Of a DNA stretch of 36,278 nt, positions 12,014 through 20,685 are shown piece after piece. The stretch covers positions 73,261,605 to 73,297,882 of the forward strand of contig NC_068984.1 of the NCBI RefSeq assembly GCF_001194135.2, read 5' to 3'. The notes under the pieces are model-generated. The model did no database searches. It worked only from the letters and a program-made list of their open reading frames with translations, and was not told the DNA's origin. This stretch comes from Octopus bimaculoides (lineage: Eukaryota). The position numbers and the translations under genes were made by a program. The number at the start of each line of letters is the position of its first letter. Position 1 is the stretch's first letter.

Positions 12014-13440
12014 TCATGGATCATCTGTCATTGCTATTGGCTGTCGACTTCCGGCTGCACCGCCATCTTGTGGGCTTGAGAAAGCTAAGAGAAAGCTCCT
12101 GAAATGTAAACAGAACCCGAAATCTGTTCTGGAGTTAAGGATGTTCCCTGGTTCTTGTGAGCCTTTTAGGATTCTCGCGTGTTCAGTTATGCATAACTTG
12201 CAATGTTTCATCCCGTTGATGTAGCGGCCTGTGCTCTAGAGGATTTTCCATGAGTTTGAGTATGGAAACTCGTCGTCTCTTGGTTGCCAGACGTGGCTGG
12301 CCAGTAACGTTATGAATCTCCTTTCAGGAACTCTGAAAGAGGACCTGTGGTTGGAGAAACGTTGCTTGAAAGAGTTCCTGGAACATCCAATGTATCTCCG
12401 TAGGCGTGTGTTGCAGGTGCTGTACCTGCTGTTGTCGTTGTTGTTGTTGCTGCTACTGTTACTGCTGCTGCTGCAGCTGCCGCGCCAACATTGCTGTTCT
12501 TGGAGCTGGGACTGCTGGTGTTGGCGTCTCTGGTTGTAGTGGTGATGGTGGTGGTGGTGGTGGTGGTGGTGGTGGTATCGCTACTACCTGTTATGGTGAA
12601 GGCGCTGTTGTTATTGTGGCCCTTGTCATTTGTGGGAGAATTGCCATTGCTGCTAGAGGTGTCATTAACTGTGGTCCCACTGGTGTTTCTGCTGGGGCCA
12701 CTGTCGCTGCTGCTGTTGCTGTTGTTTCCATTGCTGCCATTATTGCTGTTATTGTTGGCAATGGCACTGGACCTGTTGCTGCTGCTATAAGATTTCAGGT
12801 CTGCTACTGTGGACGTTAGGGAAGCTGCTAGCAATGTTGGTTTTAACGCAACTCTTGTTGTTACTGTTACCCATGCCGACGGAGGAGCTGCCAGTGCTGT
12901 CACTGGTGCTGTTATTGCTATTGTTGCTAATGTTAACTGTGGCGACGGTGGTGGTGTTGCTATTCTGTTCTCGTATCTACGGCTGCTACTGCTTTTACCG
13001 GTGGTATTGCCAAGGTGTGCTTGTACTTCGGTTTCATACACGACCCATTTTGTATCGTAGTGGCATCCCACCGGGCATCCCACCGGGCATCCGTTGACGT
13101 CCCCGCATGAACATCTTGCCTCTTCCTGTTGCCTAGGGGCGCTAAGATGTTCTTAATACTGCGGGCTCAGCTAAATGAGACCCTAACGTTGTGTCTGTTG
13201 AAAATGGGCCCCTACGTATGGGAGCTAGTGAAATGCCTATCTATTAATTTAAGGAATAGTTTACCCACGGGCGTTTTTATGATGAGAGAGTGGGGGGGGG
13301 TCAAACTAAATGTTACTTCTGCGGCGCTTCCTTCTACGGTTGTTGGGTTCCAGCATGTTGATGTAGTCCCTAAATCCGCTGGTAACTAGGGCCTCGTTAT
13401 AGTACGGGACCACTGCGTACTATGGTTAAAACTCTTCCAA
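12014..13440 (-). mobile_element. Penelope-like retroelement PLE1: decayed RT-thumb/linker plus C-terminal GIY-YIG endonuclease (pseudogene)
   Basis: Manual minus-strand translation gives PYYNEAL..SGF; RRKRRRSNI*FDPP; KTPVGKLFLKLIDRHF..IFNRHNVRVSFS*; CSCGDVNGCPVG..TKWVVY; RRYIGCSRNSFKQRFSNHRSSF; LASHVW..YSNSWKIL; CKLCITE..NILNSRT..CLHFRSFLL. These match PLE motifs as I recall them. Several stops and frameshifts are present. Confidence 0.9.
12401..12981. repeat. 581-nt degenerate trinucleotide (S/T/N/A-coding) insert inside the PLE1 GIY-YIG domain
   Basis: Bounded by an 8/9-identical direct repeat, gtatctccg (12392-12400) and gtatctacg (12973-12981). Contains a (GGT)n run and GCT/GTT-type triplets. 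Confidence 0.8.
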
Positions 13441-13670
13441 CCAAGTGTCAATACCGTGTACTTCAAATCCGGTCACATGTTTAGGCCATGGACTAAACAG
13501 AGCAAAAGGAAAGATTTCCAGACAAGGGACATAAGTTAAAATAAGAACAATAATAAACGTGTGAAGAACGAATATATAATGCGTGTGTTTATTTGGCAAA
13601 AAAAGAACAACCATCCCGAAAACAAAAAGTAAGCATCCCCAAAAATAAACATATCTGTTTCAGCACACTA
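13441..13670 (+). mobile_element. Inverted 5' segment of PLE1 (end of RT domain)
   Basis: Plus-strand peptides VNTVYFKSGHMFRPWTK, FIWQKKNNHPENKK and SIPKNKHICFSTL resemble the PLE RT end (VNFLDV..FRPY.KP; SNHP; SIPK....LSTL). In intact elements this region immediately precedes EEIF..PYYNEAL. Confidence 0.6.
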
Positions 13671-13863
13671 GTTCACGCCATGTATCTTGCAAAACAACGT
13701 ATATATATATATATGTGTGTGTGTCTGCGCGCGGGCGCGTGTGTGTGTAGCTCATTAGCAATTTAACAACCTAAAGTCAAATTTATAGACATCACTATCT
13801 CATGTTAGTGACATCTATAAATTTGTCCCTCCTTCTCTCTCTCTCTGTCTGTCTCTCTCTCTC

Positions 13864-13901
<38 letters not shown>

Positions 13902-14142
13902 CAAACACATACGCGCACACACACACAAGTTTGTTATGAGTATATTGTAAGAAACAAGGAATATCAGCACGTAGGACGCCAGAAATGGTTGCATACGATA
14001 ACATAGAACCCACAGTGAAATAAACATCATTGAAGACATCAAAATTTGGTAGGATACCGTAGTCATGCAAGTACTAAATCCTGTTTAGACCATAGAACCG
14101 ACACAGGGTGAGGCCCTTGTGGCAAAGGCATAAAAAGTAATC

Positions 14143-14585
14143 ACAAACGGCATTTACATCTGTTTCGGTAAAATTTCATTTATTTAATGCAGTCATAAAA
14201 GATTACATCATGAAATAAATTTGCTAAGATTTTGATGACTTGTCGATTACAACTCAAAGCACCGCTAAGTGTATTGATTTCTGTTAGATTATTCGGTGTC
14301 ATTGTTAAACCATAAGCTTATTGAGATAAATGAATTTAGACTGTATATTTATCTGATCTCTTGATCTCTTATTTGCCCGTTTTAAGCCACATCCGCGAAT
14401 TCTTCTGTATATTCGAATGTAAAACTTAAATTAATCACTACTACATCGGGTCGATATTAAGAATCTTACTGGTTTAAATTTTTACCTTATAGTTTTGGAC
14501 GATATATTTACGATGTAATCTTTTATGACTGTTTTGATTAAATAAAGTTCTAGCGAAAGAGTTGTAAATTATAAATGCCATTTGT
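14143..14585. mobile_element. Old MITE-like element with ~70-80-bp imperfect TIRs
   Basis: 14190-14209 cagtcataaaagattacatc is the exact reverse complement of 14512-14531. The termini acaaacggcattta and taaatgccatttgt also pair. No clear TSD. Confidence 0.75.
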
Positions 14586-14994
14586 ATTTATATTTNNNNN
14601 NNNNNNNNNNNNNNNNNNNNNNNNNNNNNNNNNNNNNNNNNNNNNNNNNNNNNNNNNNNNNNNNNNNNNNNNNNNNNNNNNNNNNNNNNNNNNNNNNNNN
14701 NNNNNNNNNNNNNNNNNNNNNNNNNNNNNNNNNNNNNNNNNNNNNNNNNNNNNNNNNNNNNNNNNNNNNNNNNNNNNNNNNNNNNNNNNNNNNNNNNNNN
14801 NNNNNNNNNNNNNNNNNNNNNNNNNNNNNNNNNNNNNNNNNNNNNNNNNNNNNNNNNNNNNNNNNNNNNNNNNNNNNNNNNNNNNNNNNNNNNNNNNNNN
14901 NNNNNNNNNNNNNNNNNNNNNNNNNNNNNNNNNNNNNNNNNNNNNNNNNNNNNNNNNNNNNNNNNNNNNNNNNNNNNNNNNNNNNNNNNNNNNN

Positions 14995-15025
<31 letters not shown>

Positions 15026-15041
15026 CACACACATGCATATA

Positions 15042-15266
15042 TGGGTACAGGACGTTACCAAAGTTGCAAATAACATACACACGAGAGATAGATACAAGAT
15101 GAGATAATTACTGGACAAAAACGAGTGAAATACGTAAAAAGAGAAAATGGAAAACAGGACAAGTTAACACAGAAAAAGAACCCTTCATCATTTGTCGACT
15201 GTGTATCTACTCCACATTTCTAGCATTTAAACGACAACATGAGTCTTCAAAGACAGGCACTCCCAC
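15042..15266 (-). mobile_element. Short repeat family C (probable PLE pseudo-LTR derivative with degenerate hammerhead-like motifs)
   Basis: Homologous to 19987-20140 and 16746-17043 (tgggtacaggacgt; acacgagaga; cccttcatca.ttgtcg.ctgt.tatctactcc.catttc). Abuts a (TA)n tract. Confidence 0.7.
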
Positions 15267-15747
15267 AAATTCAAAAGTAAAATTCAGAATTTATGGAGGT
15301 TCAATGTTGGGAACAAAAAAATGACAGTGAAGACAGACAAGGAAACCGAACGAAAACAAACCTGGAAGGTCGTTAGACAGGAACAAAAGAAAAATTGCGA
15401 ACGCTGGGAAAGAAATTTTTTAAAAAAGAGAGAAGATAGAAGAGAGAGAGAAAATACGTCTATGCGTTTAGACGCCCAAGCAGGTGAAGAAAGATGGACG
15501 ATGGTCACGAGTGAGCTACGAGAGAGAGAAAAAGAGTGGGAGAGAGGACAGACAGAAAACGGTGAAAGAGGGAGGGGAGAAAAAGAGAATTAGAGAAGGA
15601 TGAAGGAAGAAGGAAGCAAAGACGAGAGGAATAGAAGAGTAATGAAAATTGCTCAATTAGATAATAAATGATATATATTATATAACATGTATATATATGT
15701 ATATATATGCACATATATATACATACAGATATCTATCTATTTATCGT

Positions 15748-15818
<71 letters not shown>

Positions 15819-16489
15819 NNNNNNNNNNNNNNNNNNNNNNNNNNNNNNNNNNNNNNNNNNNNNNNNNNNNNNNNNNNNNNNNNNNNNNNNNNNNNNNNNN
15901 NNNNNNNNNNNNNNNNNNNNNNNNNNNNNNNNNNNNNNNNNNNNNNNNNNNNNNNNNNNNNNNNNNNNNNNNNNNNNNNNNNNNNNNNNNNNNNNNNNNN
16001 NNNNNNNNNNNNNNNNNNNNNNNNNNNNNNNNNNNNNNNNNNNNNNNNNNNNNNNNNNNNNNNNNNNNNNNNNNNNNNNNNNNNNNNNNNNNNNNNNNNN
16101 NNNNNNNNNNNNNNNNNNNNNNNNNNNNNNNNNNNNNNNNNNNNNNNNNNNNNNNNNNNNNNNNNNNNNNNNNNNNNNNNNNNNNNNNNNNNNNNNNNNN
16201 NNNNNNNNNNNNNNNNNNNNNNNNNNNNNNNNNNNNNNNNNNNNNNNNNNNNNNNNNNNNNNNNNNNNNNNNNNNNNNNNNNNNNNNNNNNNNNNNNNNN
16301 NNNNNNNNNNNNNNNNNNNNNNNNNNNNNNNNNNNNNNNNNNNNNNNNNNNNNNNNNNNNNNNNNNNNNNNNNNNNNNNNNNNNNNNNNNNNNNNNNNNN
16401 NNNNNNNNNNNNNNNNNNNNNNNNNNNNNNNNNNNNNNNNNNNNNNNNNNNNNNNNNNNNNNNNNNNNNNNNNNNNNNNNNNNNNNNNN

Positions 16490-16542
<53 letters not shown>

Positions 16543-16745
16543 AGCGGGATAGCATTGCTGGGATCTTTGGCAGAGTCCAATAGCGACGCGTTCAGGCATC
16601 TGTGTGGCTTTCAATGCTGCAATGAGACAATCGTCTTTATGAAGCTTTGCTGGATTGTTTCAAGGTCCGCTGTTAATTTTACACTGTGGGGTAACCATAC
16701 CTGGGAGCAGAAGAACGATAACATAAAAAACAAAACATGGAAAAC

Positions 16746-17043
16746 AACTTTTTGTCGAACAACGAGAGAAACAAATAAAGAAACGAGACAGGCAACATAA
16801 GGAACAATGGATACAGGACGTCGAAATAAAACGTGGATAAAATGAAAAGCGAGTACAACCCTCCGCAAATCCCAAATTTCATTTAATTTGCTTTGCGGGA
16901 ACGACTGCTTTAATGAAGTCGTGTCTTGTCCCAAGGTTCGAAACGAGGAGTAGATAAAACAGGAGACAACTGATGAAGGGATTGTTCTTTATGTTGCCTG
17001 TCTCGTTTCTTTATTTGTCTTTCTTGTTGTTCGAAAAAAAGTT
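16746..17043. mobile_element. Family C copy arranged as an inverted repeat (63-bp arms, 58/63 identical) around a hammerhead-like block
   Basis: 16746-16808 pairs with 16981-17043. The spacer contains ttcGAAACgaggaGTA (16937-16952) and CTGATGA (16970-16976). Confidence 0.75.
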
Positions 17044-17254
17044 NNNNNNNNNNNNNNNNNNNNNNNNNNNNNNNNNNNNNNNNNNNNNNNNNNNNNNNNN
17101 NNNNNNNNNNNNNNNNNNNNNNNNNNNNNNNNNNNNNNNNNNNNNNNNNNNNNNNNNNNNNNNNNNNNNNNNNNNNNNNNNNNNNNNNNNNNNNNNNNNN
17201 NNNNNNNNNNNNNNNNNNNNNNNNNNNNNNNNNNNNNNNNNNNNNNNNNNNATA

Positions 17255-17273
17255 TATATAATTATTGTTATTA

Positions 17274-17334
<61 letters not shown>

Positions 17335-17350
17335 CATGATTATTATTATG
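17255..17350. repeat. (ATT)n microsatellite
   Basis: Directly visible, adjacent to a gap. Confidence 0.95.
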
Positions 17351-17719
17351 TGATCGAACGCCACGCGTTCATTTCCAAGTACACACAAAACATATGCACA
17401 TACATATACATACAATTCACCCACATGCATACTCCCAGTTACACAAACATTTTACCCAAACATCCCCATAAACACTCCCAAGCACTCACATACAAACATA
17501 TTTATTGACCCTGATGCAAAAAATACAATACATTTCTTCAACTTCAGCGGTTAACCCAAGCAGTCTTGGATGAATGGGTTTATCTTTCGATATCTTTTGT
17601 CGCTAAAGAGTACAAAGCATGTTTCTCTTTTATATTTTAATTTTTTTTTTTAAACCATGTAGTTTTTTTTTAAAGACTTCAGGTAGACCACCTTTACGAA
17701 ATGACGCAGCATAGAATGT

Positions 17720-17782
17720 GACCCACTTCGGCGCGGGGCCCGATTGGGAGCAATTGGTCCAATCGGCTTAAGGCCGGCCTTG
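17720..17782 (-). mobile_element. GC-rich solo terminus resembling a hAT-type transposon end
   Basis: The minus strand reads CAAGGCCGGCCTTAAG..GGGCCCCGCGCC, close to the CAGGGCCGGCC termini I recall for hAT elements. It has an internal 8-bp hairpin (CCGATTGG/CCAATCGG). The partner end was not found. Confidence 0.35.
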
Positions 17783-18761
17783 TGTTTGTGTGTGTGCGTA
17801 TTTATTTATGTACATATGTGTGTGTGTGTGTGTGTTTGTGTGTGTGTAAGTGAGCGCGAGCGCGTACGTATGTGTATCCGTGTGCATGTGTTTATACATA
17901 TGTTGCTTCTTTACATGAAATCTCGTAAATAACAGACATGTTTATTGATTAGAATAATCCTATACTCTTACAAAGTAAAGATTTTAAATTTTCAAAGAAG
18001 GGGAATGCTTAAGCATACATTAGAAAAATATATGTATCAACATTGTTTATGAATAAATAGAAGGTCAATATATAAAAAAATATAAGCAGATAGAAAGGTG
18101 TGAATAGGTTTCTGTATAGACACCTCTCTATTGGAAATATTTATTTTTCTATAAATATTTTTAAAAGCTGTATACATATTTATTACATTCCTCGACATAT
18201 TTCGATAAACAAAATGTAAATAAAAAGTAATAAAATTATGAAGATATAATCTAATGTCTGATTGACTGCTGAAACTTAATGAAAACTGGAATATATAGTT
18301 AATATTTCTGTTTTGAAATGTGATAAATAGATAACCTATAACTTACATCAGAACAGACAAAAAATTTTGAAAAATTTAACGTCCGAACTGTAACTTAAAA
18401 ATAAAATATGTATATTGTTTGACCTTAAGTAAAAGAAATACCAGTAATCCAGACTTTCCGAAGAAGATTAAGTTTGTAGGAAAACATAAACGAAAAACGC
18501 AAACGTGTCAAATGTCATGGTTCGAAATATCAGGATTCTTGCTTCCAAAAGGTATACATACACTTTCATCCGACTTCTCAAAATTTGGACTTTTTATTTA
18601 AATTTATCAAATTTGGTTGCTAATTTTTGCTGGTGCAAACGCCAGCTGAGTTTCTTACAGTATATTGTGTTTATTTGGTAAGGTAGAAAAGATCAACTAT
18701 TGTTTTCACCCTTGTTCGTTACTCGATACATGAATGTAATAAGAAATAATGTATGTGTGTG

Positions 18762-18860
18762 TGTGGCTGAGTGGTAAGAAGCTTGTTCTCTAACCACATA
18801 GTTTCGGGTTCAGCCCCACTGCTGGACATCTTGGGCAAGTCCCTTCTACGATAGTCTCGG
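18762..18860 (+). mobile_element. 5' half of SINE family A
   Basis: gtggctgagtggtaagaagcttg...ttgggcaagt..atagtctcgg matches the family A head. Confidence 0.85.
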
Positions 18861-18865
18861 ATCAT

Positions 18866-18984
18866 TCTCAGTATTCAACTGGTACCTATTTCGTCGACTC
18901 CAAAAGGATGAAAAGTGCAGTCGACTTCGGCTGATTTTGAACTTAGAACATACGACTGAGCATTTTACTTGACGTGCCTTAATG
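18866..18984 (-). mobile_element. Fragment of SINE family B
   Basis: The reverse complement matches 23977-24194 (gttct.agttcaaa..ccga.gtcgact...tcatccttt..gtcga..aa..gtaccagttg). Confidence 0.8.
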
Positions 18985-19496
18985 TTATATTTAGTATTGC
19001 TACTGGGTCTCAACTAGAAGATGGCTGGTAAAAACAACCGAAAGTTTTTTCTCGTTTATCATGTATTACGCTGGCTGGGTACTAGCTGACTGACTGCTTG
19101 GTAGAGTCGAAATGTAATATTTGTTGGGTGCTCCCACTCGGTGGTTCTTAATCTGGCATAGCGTGGTGGTGGCGGAGTAGTGGCGGCGGTGGTGGTAAGA
19201 GTAGCTGTGGTAATAGAACTTTAAACCCCAAAATAAGATTATTTTTACATACATTTCTCTTGACTTAGCTTGTATTTTCCTACTATCGTCATCATGAGCA
19301 CCTTTAGTATTGTTGTTGTTGTTAGTGGTAGTGATCGTAGCAGTAGAAATAGCACCTCTAAGTATTAGTATTATTGATTATTTAGCTTGGGTTTGAATTT
19401 ATTAATAAAGATCTCTTCTCCAATTTTTCTCTCAATTTCACTTGGACTGTGTAGTTTGGAGAATAGAAATAGACTGTCAGAATGATGTAGCCGCCT

Positions 19497-19537
19497 CTGA
19501 TGAGAGCCCAATAAGTTTCGAAAACCGATTAAGGTTG
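19497..19537 (+). ncRNA. Degenerate type I hammerhead-ribozyme-like core
   Basis: CTGATGA (19497-19503), imperfect stem II gagccc-aata-agtttc (4/6 pairs), GAAA, then hairpin acc-gattaa-ggt. Stem I is not convincingly formed. Confidence 0.35.
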
Positions 19538-19548
19538 TTAATAATTTT

Positions 19549-19619
19549 GCATCGGTGGTTCAGTGGTAGAATGCTCGCCTGTCACGCGGGTGGCCCGGGT
19601 TCGATTCCCGGCCGATGCA
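19549..19619 (+). tRNA. tRNA-Gly body with anticodon GTC (Asp); possible pseudogene or SINE head
   Basis: 71-nt intact cloverleaf GCATCGG...CCGATGCA with perfect A/B boxes and anticodon loop CT-GTC-AC (19581-19583). It differs from the animal tRNA-Gly(GCC) I recall at only the anticodon middle base and one variable-loop base. Confidence 0.9.
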
Positions 19620-19632
19620 AAATGTATTTATA

Positions 19633-19705
19633 AACGGAGGTACATCAGTATGGCCGCAGCTCTGAGCTGAAACTATAAAAGAATAAATAAATAAATAAAT
19701 AAATA
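19633..19705 (+). mobile_element. Isolated family A-like 3' tail followed by (AAAT)n
   Basis: ggaggtacatcagtatggccgcag..gctgaaactataaaagaataaa aligns with the family A tail ggcggtgctccagcatggccgcag..actgaaacaagtaaaag. Confidence 0.65.
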
Positions 19706-19707
19706 AA

Positions 19708-19847
19708 TATTTTCCGACCGCATGTTGCTTGATGGTAACCCAAAAGTATCTGACGGACATCTGGGTCTCTAATTTCCTGTCGGTGCACACGTGAACGTTC
19801 TGATAGAGCATTTCCAGTCTGACTTACATACAGATATTCACAATTCG

Positions 19848-19851
<4 letters not shown>
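19708..19851 (-). mobile_element. PLE3 fragment: GIY-YIG endonuclease with CCHH residues
   Basis: [44 protein letters not shown] fits the PLE pattern CxxC-x3-Y[IV]GQTG-x2-L-x2-R-x3-H...H-x3-C, with G changed to S in YIG. Confidence 0.8.
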
Positions 19852-19933
<82 letters not shown>

Positions 19934-19986
19934 TATAATGATATAAATAACGTATATATATATATATGTATATATATATGCATATA

Positions 19987-20140
19987 TGGGTACAGGACGT
20001 CACAAACCGTAAACTATATGAAATACGAAAACAAAAGAGTTGAATTCATACACGAGAGAAACAAATGGAAAACAAGATAAGTAACATAAGGAACGACCCT
20101 TCATCAGTTGTCGGCTGTCCATCTACTCCTCATTTCGAGC
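19987..20140 (-). mobile_element. Family C copy (PLE pLTR-like)
   Basis: Homologous to 15042-15266. The minus strand reads gctcGAAAtgaggaGTAgatggacagccgacaaCTGATGAaggg. Abuts a (TA)n tract. Confidence 0.75.
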
Positions 20141-20577
20141 GAAACAGTACTTCAAATTTCGTTTTTTTTTAATCCCAATGTGCATTAGAATTGTGTTATC
20201 GAATTTGAGAAGCAGAACCGCAATGGATCGTCGCTACTAGGCTTATTCCCTCCCTTCTCTGTTTCAAATTGGTGCTTGTAATTTGCAATAGAATTTTATA
20301 TCTTTATTTCTAAAGGATTTTTGGTTTCGCCTTTCATAAATGTAAAAAGGCATGTAAGGTAATCATAAATTCACGTTTAATTATATATATTTATATATAT
20401 ACAAAGACGCAAATTGTAATAACCATAGAAACATTCTCTTGCTGATTTCTCTGTCCCTGTTTTTTCCTCCCATCTTTCCTCTCTCTTTTTCTTTCACTCT
20501 TTCTTTCACTCTCTCCTCTCTCACATTCTTTGTTTCTTCCTTTCTCTCTTTCATCTCCTCTCTATTTCTTTCTTTCT

Positions 20578-20611
<34 letters not shown>

Positions 20612-20638
20612 GTCTCTCTCTCTCTCTTTATCTCTCTC

Positions 20639-20685
<47 letters not shown>

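Noticed and set aside
12310-13083. 257-aa S/T/N/A-rich ORF as a mucin-like host gene, plus the overlapping plus-strand poly-L/V/G/C ORFs
   Set aside because: Its N-terminus is a PLE GIY-YIG start and the rest is a trinucleotide insert that is naturally stop-poor. The antisense ORFs are shadows of it.
13167-13169. TGA at a conserved Cys position of PLE1 as possible selenocysteine (as reported for some Naiad PLEs)
   Set aside because: The same element has TAG stops and frameshifts, so ordinary decay (TGC to TGA) is sufficient. No SECIS was identified.
13795-14070. Hydrophobic minus-strand ORFs as membrane-protein exons
   Set aside because: No recognisable motif or convincing splice pair; the ORFs run into microsatellite.
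15284-15600. Charged E/R/K-rich ORF
   Set aside because: It derives from a degenerate GA-rich simple repeat.
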